From a virus (lineage: Duplodnaviria > Caudoviricetes), in the IMG/VR virus record IMGVR_UViG_3300020045_001742, positions 1-51,001 of that record: a stretch of 51,001 nucleotides of DNA, one strand, 5' to 3'. The notes under the pieces were generated by a model. It had not been told where the DNA came from. It ran no database searches and was given only the letters and a program-made list of their open reading frames with translations. Of the stretch, positions 35,904 through 45,215 are shown piece after piece (the stretch's first letter is position 1; each line of letters starts with the position of its first letter). The position numbers and the translations under genes are program-made.

Positions 35904-36983
35904 ATGGAAACAACACGCTACGACTTTACGCCTATCAAGGCAGAGCTGACCAAAGATGGCTATCTACTCGATAGTCCTATCGTGGCGCGTGTTGGCATCC
36001 AGACTTATATGAATGCCGATGGATCTGTACGTAAAGAACTGCGCTTACCTGAGGATGTGTTTGATGCTGAGTCGCTTTCCTCATTTGCTGGAAAGCCGTT
36101 GACCGATGACCATCCTAGCGAAGCTGTTAGTTCTAAGAACTTCAAAAAGTATGCCATTGGGGTGATGACTGGCCCCGCCTACCAAGACGCTGACAATGTG
36201 CGTGTGCCTTTGATCTTGCATGACGCTGAAGCGGTTGATAAGGCCATTAAAGGCGGTAAGCGTGAGCTATCCGTGGGCTATTCTGTCGTGCTGGATGAAA
36301 CACCTGGCGTATATCAAGGCGAGGCTTATTCGGCCCGTCAAACCAAGATTCGGGTAAATCACTTGTCTCTCGTGAAACGGGGACGCGCTGGTAATGCCCG
36401 TTTAACCCTTGACGGGGCATCCTGTCAAGTTTCTGAAACCCCTGAAAAGGAAGCAACTATGAGCGAATTAAGCTCGGTAAAACTTGACTCGGGCTTGTCG
36501 TATCAAGCTGCACCCGAAGTCATCGTGGCATTGGAAACAATGCGCGGTGATAAGGCCCTACAACAAACCAAACTTGACGAGCTGCAAAAACAACTCGATA
36601 CAGTCGCCGCTGAACGTGATGCTCTCAAGCATGACGCCGCAAATCTGGCCACTGTCAAAGCTGACGCGCTGGAATCCGCTCGCAAAGAAGTTAAAGCCCG
36701 CGCTGAACTTGAAGTCCAAGCCGCTAGCTTTAAAGTCGATTGCAAAGACAAGACTGACCGCGAAGTTAAAGAGGCCGTGATTAAGTCTGTGCGTGCTGAC
36801 GCCGATCTGACAGGCAAGTCTGAAGACTACGTGGCCGCATCGTTCGACTTCGCAGTGGCTCAAAAGGCTGATAATGCGATGGCTGCACAGCGTGTTGCTG
36901 GCGTCAAACTAGATTCTACCGATAAAAAGGTAGAGTCTAAAACTTACAAAGGCTTCATGGCCGCTTTGGGTAATAAGGAGTAA
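35904..36983 (+). CDS. Prohead protease/scaffold (DUF2213-like)
   Basis: ARVGIQTY, PLTDDHP, RELSVGY, NHLSLVKRGRAG; coiled-coil C-terminus. Confidence 0.88.
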   Translation: METTRYDFTPIKAELTKDGYLLDSPIVARVGIQTYMNADGSVRKELRLPEDVFDAESLSSFAGKPLTDDHPSEAVSSKNFKKYAIGVMTGPAYQDADNVRVPLILHDAEAVDKAIKGGKRELSVGYSVVLDETPGVYQGEAYSARQTKIRVNHLSLVKRGRAGNARLTLDGASCQVSETPEKEATMSELSSVKLDSGLSYQAAPEVIVALETMRGDKALQQTKLDELQKQLDTVAAERDALKHDAANLATVKADALESARKEVKARAELEVQAASFKVDCKDKTDREVKEAVIKSVRADADLTGKSEDYVAASFDFAVAQKADNAMAAQRVAGVKLDSTDKKVESKTYKGFMAALGNKE

Positions 36984-36985
36984 AT

Positions 36986-37438
36986 ATGCAAACTACAGTT
37001 TCTCAATATGGTGCAGCCGCTTTTGCCGGTATGCTTGACGGCATTGGTTCTCACCAAGTGCGTAGCTATGCGGCTGAAGAGATTATTCCAATCGCTTACC
37101 CAGTTAAGCTTGGCACCAACAAAGAAAAGCAAGTGCTTAAAACCACTTCTGGCGCTCTTTCTGTTGGCTTTGCTTTGCACGACCACGCTCGTGAGCAAAA
37201 TGGCGGCGGTACTGTGCAATACGCTGCAAAAGAAACCGTGTCCGTGATGACTCAAGGTCGCTTTTGGGTTATGACTACCGACGCTGTTGTCGCTGGCGCT
37301 GTTGCCAACTTGACCGTTGCCACTGGTGCATTGACCGATGAAGCTGTCGCCGCTGGTATCGAAGCGTTTACCCAGTTTAGCGCACGTTTTGTAACTGCTA
37401 CGACCGCTGCTGGACTCGCAGTAGTTGAAATCAAATAA
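36986..37438 (+). CDS. Capsid decoration/cement protein
   Basis: VSVMTQGRFWV motif; lies between protease and capsid genes. Confidence 0.75.
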   Translation: MQTTVSQYGAAAFAGMLDGIGSHQVRSYAAEEIIPIAYPVKLGTNKEKQVLKTTSGALSVGFALHDHAREQNGGGTVQYAAKETVSVMTQGRFWVMTTDAVVAGAVANLTVATGALTDEAVAAGIEAFTQFSARFVTATTAAGLAVVEIK

Positions 37439-37450
37439 AGGTAATTTATC

Positions 37451-38413
37451 ATGACTGAAAAACTGAATTACGACGCACAAGACCTGCGCGCAATTGAAAA
37501 TTCTGGCCGTTTGGATGCAAACGAATCCGTATTTTTCGCTCGCCAACTCGAATTTTTGAAGTCTAAAACATACGACATCAAACGAGCAAAGCTTTCTGCA
37601 TTGGAGCTGTTCCCGGTTTCCACCGAAGTGAGCGAGGGTGCAACAACTCACTCATACACTAGCTATGACGGCGTTGGTTCTGCGAAAATCATTGCCAATT
37701 ATTCTACGGACTTTCCGCGTGCGGAGGTCACTGGCAAGCAATTCACATTCCCCATCCGCTCTATCGGATCGAGCTATGGCTATAACATTCAAGAAATTCG
37801 CTCTGCGCAATTCGCTGGTGTTAGCCTGAACTCTAAAAAAGCAACCATGGCCGCTCGCGCCCATGACGAGCTGATTAACAAGTTGGCATTCGCTGGCGAT
37901 GTTGAAAGCGGTTTGCCTGGTTTGATTACAAACACCAATGTCCCTGAAGTCACTTTGCTGGCTGACGGTACGGGCTCTAGCAAGACGTTTGCAACCAAGA
38001 GCGCAGATAAGCTGGTGCGTGATATCAACACGCTCATTAACAAGGTTATTACCCAATCCAAGGGTATTCACCGTGTTAACCAAGTTTGGATGCCAGTAGA
38101 GCAATATGCCCTGATTGCCACAACCCAAAACAGCGTTGCCAGCGACACCACTGTTCTTTCATTCCTGAAAGAAGTTAATCCAGGCGTTGAATTCAAGTCG
38201 GTTATTGAGTTGGATGGCGCTGGCGCAGCCGGTGCTGACCGCATGTATGCAATGGAAAACTCGCGTGATAACTGGCAGCTTGAATTGCCAATGATGACAA
38301 AAACCTATAGCCCTCAGCAGAGCGGTTTGGAATTTGTTGTGCCAATGGAATCAAAATTTGCCGGTGTGGTAATTGAATACCCATTAAGCATGGCATTTGC
38401 AGACGGAATCTGA
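37451..38413 (+). CDS. Major capsid protein (DUF2184-like)
   Basis: FFARQLE, YGYNIQEI, LAFAGD..GL.GL, GVVIEYP..DGI. Confidence 0.92.
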   Translation: MTEKLNYDAQDLRAIENSGRLDANESVFFARQLEFLKSKTYDIKRAKLSALELFPVSTEVSEGATTHSYTSYDGVGSAKIIANYSTDFPRAEVTGKQFTFPIRSIGSSYGYNIQEIRSAQFAGVSLNSKKATMAARAHDELINKLAFAGDVESGLPGLITNTNVPEVTLLADGTGSSKTFATKSADKLVRDINTLINKVITQSKGIHRVNQVWMPVEQYALIATTQNSVASDTTVLSFLKEVNPGVEFKSVIELDGAGAAGADRMYAMENSRDNWQLELPMMTKTYSPQQSGLEFVVPMESKFAGVVIEYPLSMAFADGI

Positions 38414-38428
38414 TTTTTATCAGACAAA

Positions 38429-38457
38429 TAAAAAGGGGCTTAACGGCCCCTTTTTTT
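38429..38457. terminator. Bidirectional terminator
   Basis: aaaaaggggc-ttaacg-gccccttttttt. Confidence 0.85.
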
Positions 38458-39373
38458 ATGCATACTTCCAAGTAAATCCGTATGCTGTTTTTCTTTTTCC
38501 ATGAATAACATTGCTGATTCTTGTTGATGTAGATTTTTCATTTACATTTTTCTTCAGCCAATCAACGGCACGGGCTTGATTACTAAATATCAATCCATTC
38601 TCTACACAAATAACTTTCTTGCCGCTATCTTCATAAAACTTTTTACGACTCGAAAGAATTTTTTCTTTTATTGCTTTATCAGAACTAATTCTCAACATAT
38701 TAGCCCTTGCTTTTTCTAATCTATCTGGATTTGAATAAGATTTTTTAGATGCAATCGAAAGTCTTTCTCTGAGACCTTGATCTGAAAATGCTAATTTGCA
38801 AGAAATTGACATTTTATTTTTGTAAGATTCTGACTTAACAATCTCTAAGAATTTGGCTTTTACTTCTGGTTTGTGCATGGAATTATTATCTCCACACATG
38901 GATGGTCGTGGCTTTCTCATTTTGGACCTAACATCTTCGCGCCTTGCTGGATTCTTATCACCGCTTACATCCGGCCTATTTATAGATGATTTTTGAGCGT
39001 TAGACATCCTTTTGCGTGATTCTTCACTTCTTTTTTTACCGGTGTGGAATGCAACTGTTTTTGCAATAGTTTCAACTGATCGTATTGATCCGCTGCAACC
39101 ATCGCCGCCATCAGTACAGTTTGCTAAGTTATCACGACCATACGAAGCTATCAACTCGATTTCAAGCTCAAACGCCCACCATTCAAGCATATTGTTTTGC
39201 ACAATCTCAATTGTGTATCTATGCTTTGCAACTATGTTTTTCCAGTGCTGGTTACGCTGGGTAGATTTTGATCTTGAACCAGACCCCTTCCCAACATAAA
39301 ACACCCGCCCATCACTAGCCCTACGATGCACGTAAACATAGAAACTTTTTGATGTAGAATCGACCTTAGCCAT
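38456..39373 (-). CDS. Free-standing GIY-YIG homing endonuclease with NUMOD-type repeats
   Basis: FYVYVH..VFYVGKG..R, AFELE..LI, LANCTDGGDG, GKKRSEESRKRMS, KKVICVENG..KTAYGFTWKY. Confidence 0.88.
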   Translation of the reverse strand: MAKVDSTSKSFYVYVHRRASDGRVFYVGKGSGSRSKSTQRNQHWKNIVAKHRYTIEIVQNNMLEWWAFELEIELIASYGRDNLANCTDGGDGCSGSIRSVETIAKTVAFHTGKKRSEESRKRMSNAQKSSINRPDVSGDKNPARREDVRSKMRKPRPSMCGDNNSMHKPEVKAKFLEIVKSESYKNKMSISCKLAFSDQGLRERLSIASKKSYSNPDRLEKARANMLRISSDKAIKEKILSSRKKFYEDSGKKVICVENGLIFSNQARAVDWLKKNVNEKSTSTRISNVIHGKRKTAYGFTWKYA

Positions 39374-39496
39374 TGTGTATTCCTGTCTTATACCTTGGTT
39401 AGAAGCCCCGAAGTACTTGTAATACTGTCGGGGTTTTCGCTATTATACATTACTGAGTTTCGGTGTTAAAATCCAAAAAACCAAATTAGGAAACAC

Positions 39497-39691
39497 ATGA
39501 AACTCAAAAACAATTCAGCACGCGGTCACTGGCTTGGCTCGGTGCTTATCGCCCCTCTTGAAACTAAGACCGTAGGCGATGAATGGCGCGACGCTTACAA
39601 CCGCGAAGACCTTGAAGAAGTCGTGGACAAACCCACAGTCTCTGAGCCCGTTAAGCGTGGTCGCCCCGCTAAAGTGGCTGACGCTGAATAA
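39497..39691 (+). CDS. Small head-associated hypothetical protein
   Basis: SD agga; C-terminal KRGRPAK. Confidence 0.65.
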   Translation: MKLKNNSARGHWLGSVLIAPLETKTVGDEWRDAYNREDLEEVVDKPTVSEPVKRGRPAKVADAE

Positions 39692-39709
39692 TTAACCAAA
39701 GGTTTAAAA

Positions 39710-41173
39710 ATGGTAACTCGTGATGTATTTCAGTTGGAGCTTGAGAAGCGTAGTGTCGTGCAGTCTGCGGTTAATCCCGTCACCGGGGGGATTGAATTAA
39801 CGGCTGGTGGTGAGGTGATTGAAGTTGGTGGGGGTGGTGCGGTGGATGCAACGTACTTAACTGCGCTGGACCTAACGACCGCGCGGGTTGCTGGACTACT
39901 CGTTGCTGGCACGACTTACGAGCTATCTACAGGCCACCGGTATTTGGCAAGTGCAGTCAACCACCTTTACCCAGTAAATGGCTCACCAATTTTGACAAGA
40001 AGCACCCTTACAGGACTTGGCGATTCACTTATGTATTACCAGTGGTCAAATGGTCAAGTTTGCTCACTATCATTTGTCCAATGGGCTAGTTCACAGCTAA
40101 ATCAACAATTTGACTTCATTGCAAATCGAGGTGTAGGTGGCGCAAGCATTCAAGACCTTATTAACACACAGTTGACGCCGACAATTTCAGATTCAAGCGA
40201 TGCTGTATGGGTACATGTTGGGGCAAATCAAATATCTCCAACATCGCCTACCGCAGCAAGTATCGAATCTTCTGCCGTGTATTTGCGTACGGTGCTAAAT
40301 GCATTGTCTTCAGTAAAAGCTTTAATTATTGTTGACTCTTTTCAGCCATTTCTTTTTAGTGCGAATGATAGAACGCTTGAAATACCAAAATTCAATAATG
40401 CCTTTGCCTCTGTCTGCGCAGAATTCCCAAATGTCATTTTTAATGACATATACAAGTCGATACTAGACGCTTCGTCACTGCTTGGTGATGCGGACACATC
40501 AAACCTATGGGATTCCATTCATCAGAACTCTAAAGGCGCTCAGCTAATGGGCATTGCCAGCGCGAAAAATCTTGCGGGAAAGATCAATATACTTCCGTCT
40601 TATGGAGTTGTTCTTAATGGTGTTTTGCCAAACTTATCTGGAACATCTGGGACGAAAACAATAGGTTCCGGGTCGATTACCGGTAATTCGCCAACAGGTG
40701 TTGATGTAAAGGTGCAGTCGGGTTCGGCAAGCGTAGCGCTGACAAACAAAACATCCGTGTTTGGGTTTAATCGCATCAGCGTTGATGCAGTGAATGTCGG
40801 AGGTGTTGTTAGCGAGGTGCAAGTTCATCTGATGGATATTGCAATAAATAACGCAAATTTTTCAAGTGGCGCACTTGTACAAGCAACTTTCTATTTTCGC
40901 ATCAAGTCGCAAACAAATATAACTGCTGTTGCAGCATATATGCTGCGCAATGGTGGGTCTTACACTTTGGCAATGGGGAGTAGCGCAAGCGAGGCCCCAA
41001 ATATCCAATTCACCCCAGGCCCGATGGTTTGCACGGTTAAAACAGCCCCCGTCATATTTAGCGGTGCAACTACATCTTTGGATGTGTCATTGAGCCTGAA
41101 GCTAGGAGCAATTACTGGAGCCGCCAATTTTGATTTGCTTGGATGGAAGCTTGAGAAGGTAGCCCCTCTGTAA
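39710..41173 (+). CDS. SGNH/GDSL hydrolase-domain virion protein
   Basis: GLGDSL, NRGVGG, GANQ and DSIHQN (DxxH) blocks; beta-rich C-terminal domain. Confidence 0.75.
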   Translation: MVTRDVFQLELEKRSVVQSAVNPVTGGIELTAGGEVIEVGGGGAVDATYLTALDLTTARVAGLLVAGTTYELSTGHRYLASAVNHLYPVNGSPILTRSTLTGLGDSLMYYQWSNGQVCSLSFVQWASSQLNQQFDFIANRGVGGASIQDLINTQLTPTISDSSDAVWVHVGANQISPTSPTAASIESSAVYLRTVLNALSSVKALIIVDSFQPFLFSANDRTLEIPKFNNAFASVCAEFPNVIFNDIYKSILDASSLLGDADTSNLWDSIHQNSKGAQLMGIASAKNLAGKINILPSYGVVLNGVLPNLSGTSGTKTIGSGSITGNSPTGVDVKVQSGSASVALTNKTSVFGFNRISVDAVNVGGVVSEVQVHLMDIAINNANFSSGALVQATFYFRIKSQTNITAVAAYMLRNGGSYTLAMGSSASEAPNIQFTPGPMVCTVKTAPVIFSGATTSLDVSLSLKLGAITGAANFDLLGWKLEKVAPL

Positions 41174-41202
41174 ATCTAATCCCCTCATCACAAAGCCAAT
41201 AA

Positions 41203-41559
41203 ATGACAGCACTAGAATACTTTCGACTAGTAGCCCCTGAGTTTGCCAGCGTAAGCGACGCAACGGTAGGCCAGTGGCTTACTATTGCCGCCCGCTTGGC
41301 TGACGTGTCGCGCTTGGATGCTGAGCTTGGAAACATGGCTCTGGCCTTGTATGCTGCGCATACACTCAAGCTTTCTACCACGTCATCAAGTGGCGCTAGT
41401 GGCTCAGTCAAGATGGAAAAAGAAGGCGACTTACAGCGCAGTTATGGTTTCGTTAAAGGCTCTGATACCTTGCTTGGGTCTACCTCATACGGCTTGCAAT
41501 ACTTGGACGTTACACGGGCTGCTTATGGCCTTGGAATCATGACGCGGGTTGCAATCTAA
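41203..41559 (+). CDS. Head-tail adaptor (DUF4054-like)
   Basis: FRLVAPEF, LYAAH, EKEGDLQRSY, TSYGLQY. Confidence 0.85.
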   Translation: MTALEYFRLVAPEFASVSDATVGQWLTIAARLADVSRLDAELGNMALALYAAHTLKLSTTSSSGASGSVKMEKEGDLQRSYGFVKGSDTLLGSTSYGLQYLDVTRAAYGLGIMTRVAI

Positions 41560-42017
41560 TGGCGCGAGTTATCGACCGTGATCTGGGGTGGAAAGCTATT
41601 AAGCGTGAAATGCTTAAGGCCAAAACGCTTGAGGTTGCGGTTGGTATCTTGGAAGGCTCAAAGAATGGCGAAGGCTTGTCAATTGCAGAATATGCGGCTG
41701 CTAACGAATTCGGCACGGACAAAATACCTGATCGGCCATTCATGCGCACTGCATTCGACGAATCAAAGGCCAAGATTAGCCAAGACATGAACCGCGAAGG
41801 TAAGCGAATGGCTATGGGTCAATCCACGGCTCAAAAGGCTTTGACAATCATTGGTCAGCGTCATGCTTCGCGGATTCAAAACGTCATTACAGGCCGGGAC
41901 TTTTTGCCTAAGTTGTCGCAACAAACTATTGATGCCAAGAGCGGAAGTTCAAAAACTTTGGTGGACACTTCCGCTATGGTTAACGCAGTTCAAATTTCAG
42001 TAAGGGCTAGAACGTGA
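41559..42017 (+). CDS. Neck/tail completion protein
   Basis: ANEFGT..IPDRPFMR, KTLVDTSAM. Confidence 0.8.
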   Translation: MARVIDRDLGWKAIKREMLKAKTLEVAVGILEGSKNGEGLSIAEYAAANEFGTDKIPDRPFMRTAFDESKAKISQDMNREGKRMAMGQSTAQKALTIIGQRHASRIQNVITGRDFLPKLSQQTIDAKSGSSKTLVDTSAMVNAVQISVRART

Positions 42018-42400
42018 GCTTTAGACAACCATTTGACGTATTGCATGAGGCTGCTGGCTCGTATGTGTCTGGCGTTTTTGTGCCGGGTGTTAAGTCATCC
42101 ACGGCCATTCAAGCCAGCGTACAGCCAGTGACTGAGCAGGACTTAATCACAGCGCCAGAAGGCAGGCGCATCAGTGATATGGTGAAGATTTACACTGACA
42201 CTGATCTACAGGTTGGCAATGATGGCACTGGCCTACAGCCTGACTTGGTGGTATGGCGTGGATATGCTTACGAGATTAGCTCGGTGTCAGTCCGTCAAAT
42301 GGGCGTTATCAGCCATTACAAGATTTTTGCAATTCGACGCATGGCAGCGCCAGCGGGTTACGCGGCTGCATGGGTCGCCGGTACACTTACACGAGGTTAA
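42014..42400 (+). CDS. Head closure protein
   Basis: GSYVSGVFV, IQASVQP, PEGRR, PDLVVWRG..YEI. Confidence 0.75.
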   Translation: MSFRQPFDVLHEAAGSYVSGVFVPGVKSSTAIQASVQPVTEQDLITAPEGRRISDMVKIYTDTDLQVGNDGTGLQPDLVVWRGYAYEISSVSVRQMGVISHYKIFAIRRMAAPAGYAAAWVAGTLTRG

Positions 42401-42403
42401 TAA

Positions 42404-43027
42404 ATGGCATCTAATATCAATGTATCTATCCCACCATTGGGCAATCCTACAACTTCAGGCGTGCGCGGAAACTTTTCTGCGGCAAAAATGGAGATTGAGG
42501 AATTGCAAGCGGCTCACGTCTTGCGATTGGCCTACCGTAACGAGACTGTAGAGGGTTTTCAGCAGTGCGTTACCTCTGATACCCCTCAGGTTGTAACGTT
42601 CAATACAGAGGTGTTTAATCACCCATCTGGCGCGTTTACGTGGGACTCGGTTAATAGTGAACTTGTTATTATCGACCCAGGTTGGTACATGTGGCATATG
42701 GATTTGCATGTTACTCGCAAGGTGGCAACGTCTAACGTGAACTGGTCAATTTGGAGCCAAGTAAAAGAGCCTACTGATTCTGTTTTTGCAAACTATATCG
42801 GGTCAGGTCGTAGCCAAACGTTGACTGCCGAGGCGACAAACAATAAACACTTCTTTAGCTTTGGTTTTAACGTGCATACGCCAGTTGCAAATACGCGCAT
42901 TCGGTTTATGCAAGCTACGGATAACGCATCTAAGCAGGTTGGAATTATTAGCTACCCAGCGACAGGAATTTATCCTTCTATGGCGGGTGTTCAGCTTAAC
43001 ATTCATAAGATTGCAATCGAAGAATGA
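42404..43027 (+). CDS. Accessory neck/collar protein with C1q/TNF-like beta-sandwich
   Basis: N-terminal TTSGVRGNFSAAK..I..LQ anchor; VTFNT..F..VIIDPGWY pattern. Confidence 0.5.
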   Translation: MASNINVSIPPLGNPTTSGVRGNFSAAKMEIEELQAAHVLRLAYRNETVEGFQQCVTSDTPQVVTFNTEVFNHPSGAFTWDSVNSELVIIDPGWYMWHMDLHVTRKVATSNVNWSIWSQVKEPTDSVFANYIGSGRSQTLTAEATNNKHFFSFGFNVHTPVANTRIRFMQATDNASKQVGIISYPATGIYPSMAGVQLNIHKIAIEE

Positions 43028-43560
43028 ACGTACAAACGCTTAAAACACGGCTTTACGCGCTGTTACAGCCAATAATAGGCGGTACTGTCATTTGGGCAGA
43101 TCAGAGCGTTACGCGCCCTGCATTGCCTTTTAGCACGCTGCGACTAGGGGTTATCAATCCAATCGGTGATCCTCACTACAGCGACGTAGACGTTAATGGT
43201 ATTCAAACCGTCCTAGCTGTGCGCGAATCCATCCTGACTGTGCAGCGTTTTGGCGTTGACTCGGTGGCTAGTCTTGAAAACGCTTCGGACTCACTTTCCA
43301 AGAATTCAAACCTTGATAAGTTCAGCGTTCAAAGCATTTCAGCTTTTGACGTGTCCAGCGTTACCGACATTGCCGCTTTGCTCAATGGTATTTCAATCGA
43401 GCCACGCGCCATGTTTGAACTGTCTTTGCGTTGGATGGCAGACTTGACAGATAACGTTGGAGTCATAGAGAGTGTGATTAGTAACGGTGAGATTGGGCCT
43501 GATTTAACGGCCATTCAAGAGGTTTACACAATCAATTCAACTGTAGATACTACGCCATAA
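43024..43560 (+). CDS. Tail terminator protein
   Basis: VIWADQ..RPALPF, EPRAMFEL; last neck gene. Confidence 0.75.
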   Translation: MNVQTLKTRLYALLQPIIGGTVIWADQSVTRPALPFSTLRLGVINPIGDPHYSDVDVNGIQTVLAVRESILTVQRFGVDSVASLENASDSLSKNSNLDKFSVQSISAFDVSSVTDIAALLNGISIEPRAMFELSLRWMADLTDNVGVIESVISNGEIGPDLTAIQEVYTINSTVDTTP

Positions 43561-43561
43561 G

Positions 43562-43587
43562 AAAAGCCCCTTTTTAAGGGGCTTTGT
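43562..43587. terminator. Bidirectional terminator
   Basis: aaagcccc...ggggcttt between convergent genes. Confidence 0.8.
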
Positions 43588-43857
43588 TTATTGGCCTGTT
43601 GCTTTTGCTATTGCACATTGTGCTCGACTCTGTGCCCATGCTTTGAATTCAGAAGGATCATCCCAAGTGCTAGGCATTGCACTTGCGATGTTAATTAGTT
43701 CTTGAAGCAATTCAGGCGCTGCGGCGATTAGGCGGGCGTTGGCTTCGCTTGGGTTTTCGTTGAATTCAACAATAAACCCCGTCTTTGCCCAGATCATCCC
43801 TGAGTTTTCATCGTCAGAAGGTTCATAAGTCCAAGGCCCCGGTGTATGCGCGCTCAT
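43588..43857 (-). CDS. Conserved phage hypothetical protein
   Basis: HTPGPW..EANARLIAAAPELL motif. Confidence 0.8.
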   Translation of the reverse strand: MSAHTPGPWTYEPSDDENSGMIWAKTGFIVEFNENPSEANARLIAAAPELLQELINIASAMPSTWDDPSEFKAWAQSRAQCAIAKATGQ

Positions 43858-44099
43858 TGGTTCACCCACTCAATAGAATCAGTAGTAACCCAGCCTTGTT
43901 CGACTAGATCACAGGCTAGCATCTTGTTTGCCTTAAACATAAAATACATCGCGGCAAAATTCCAAGTGAAAAAGCAAATAGCTGCCGGGCCGTATTGCTT
44001 GCGAACAAGCAAAGCAATCCATCCAAAGAAAAACACAGTCCAGCTAAAGCCGTTTTTGACTTCTTTTTTCAGACCGTTTTTTGTGAATGTTGTGTGCAT
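43854..44099 (-). CDS. DUF2628-like membrane protein
   Basis: VKNGFSWTVFFFGWIALL..NK..L..QGW. Confidence 0.6.
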   Translation of the reverse strand: MHTTFTKNGLKKEVKNGFSWTVFFFGWIALLVRKQYGPAAICFFTWNFAAMYFMFKANKMLACDLVEQGWVTTDSIEWVNQ

Positions 44100-44101
44100 T
44101 A

Positions 44102-44236
44102 TTAACCCAATATTGCAAAATAAATTACATATAGCCAAGAAAAAACAGCGTGGAAAATTGCCCACAATATGCTTTTATTTGTTGTGTAGCTTATTACAGT
44201 AGCAAGTACGCTACCAAACCCAATTCCTTCTTTCAT
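44102..44236 (-). CDS. 44-aa membrane protein
   Basis: GIGFGSVLATVISY..NKSILWAIFH..FSWLYVIY; SD aagga. Confidence 0.7.
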   Translation of the reverse strand: MKEGIGFGSVLATVISYTTNKSILWAIFHAVFSWLYVIYFAILG

Positions 44237-44259
44237 GATTTTTCCTTTTGGTTGATTGG

Positions 44260-44442
44260 TTAAGTTGTTTTGTGCATTGTTTCAAGTGCGTCCTGAATTA
44301 CGCTTGACAGTTCAGGCCATGATTCGTGGTTGACGATATTTTTAATTTCGATTTGTGAACCTCCTTCGTCAAACATATCAATCACGGCCAGTAGCTCTGT
44401 GCCTTCGTAAATCTCGTATTTAACTGGGGTTGCGGTGATCAT
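44260..44442 (-). CDS. Hypothetical protein
   Basis: SD aagga; acidic 60 aa. Confidence 0.6.
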   Translation of the reverse strand: MITATPVKYEIYEGTELLAVIDMFDEGGSQIEIKNIVNHESWPELSSVIQDALETMHKTT

Positions 44443-44475
44443 GATTTCCTTTTTAAAGCCCCGTAGGGCGGTTGA

Positions 44476-44646
44476 TTAAGCGTTGAATTTTGCGTCCACA
44501 ATTGCCCAGCATTTTGCTCCGCAAGACGCTGTAACTGAAACCATGCTTTTTGCTTTTTGGTAAGTGTCACCAAAACTATTCATCCTGTAAGCGATTTGCT
44601 CAGCAAGTTTATTTGCATAGGCTTCAGTCATTTGTGCTTGTGTCAT
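44476..44646 (-). CDS. Small hypothetical protein (56 aa)
   Basis: Promoter motif at 44677 and SD aagga. Confidence 0.6.
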   Translation of the reverse strand: MTQAQMTEAYANKLAEQIAYRMNSFGDTYQKAKSMVSVTASCGAKCWAIVDAKFNA

Positions 44647-44724
44647 TTAGTTTTCCTTAGTTCGTTTGATGGCTCAAGTGTAGCACAGAATTACAAGGTT
44701 ACGGAATTGTTTTACCTGTTTGTT

Positions 44725-44991
44725 TCACTTTGCAATTTTTATAAATAGAGGTATGGCGTTACGAAGTTTCATAAACTCTTCTGCATTGCTTGCGTACCAG
44801 TGGCCATCACGTTCTGATTGGTACAAACATGCCGCAGGATCATCTTTATGAGATTCTCCGGTATTCATTGATTCAGCCCGTGCTTCGCTGGCGCATTCTT
44901 GGCCGTATTCAATCATTTGTTGCTTACTCCAGTGGCCTATGATTTCGCCATATTGGTGCCATGTTTTTATCGGGTATGGAAGTGTTGCCAT
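44725..44991 (-). CDS. Hypothetical protein
   Basis: ORF coupled to the upstream small gene. Confidence 0.55.
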   Translation of the reverse strand: MATLPYPIKTWHQYGEIIGHWSKQQMIEYGQECASEARAESMNTGESHKDDPAACLYQSERDGHWYASNAEEFMKLRNAIPLFIKIAK

Positions 44992-44993
44992 GA

Positions 44994-45134
44994 TCAAAGA
45001 ACCTTTGAAGATACGATTTCAACATCAAAGTATGCTTCTTGAATGTCTGCAATGGCCGATTGCAAGTCGCACGCAACAACTTCAATAAATTTCAAACCGT
45101 TTTTTGCTGCGATGCTGATTTCGTAAGTTTTCAT
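44994..45134 (-). CDS. Small hypothetical protein (46 aa)
   Basis: Promoter/leader motif 45132-45171. Confidence 0.6.
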   Translation of the reverse strand: MKTYEISIAAKNGLKFIEVVACDLQSAIADIQEAYFDVEIVSSKVL

Positions 45135-45215
45135 TTCGTTTCCTATTTGTTGATGTGTCTATTGTAGCACAGCAAAACCAACAACTCACAATCTTTCTTC
45201 AATTATTTTCACATT

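Noticed and set aside
38456-39373. Group I intron around the GIY-YIG gene
   Set aside because: Flanking genes are intact, the ORF is antisense and there is no room for an intron core
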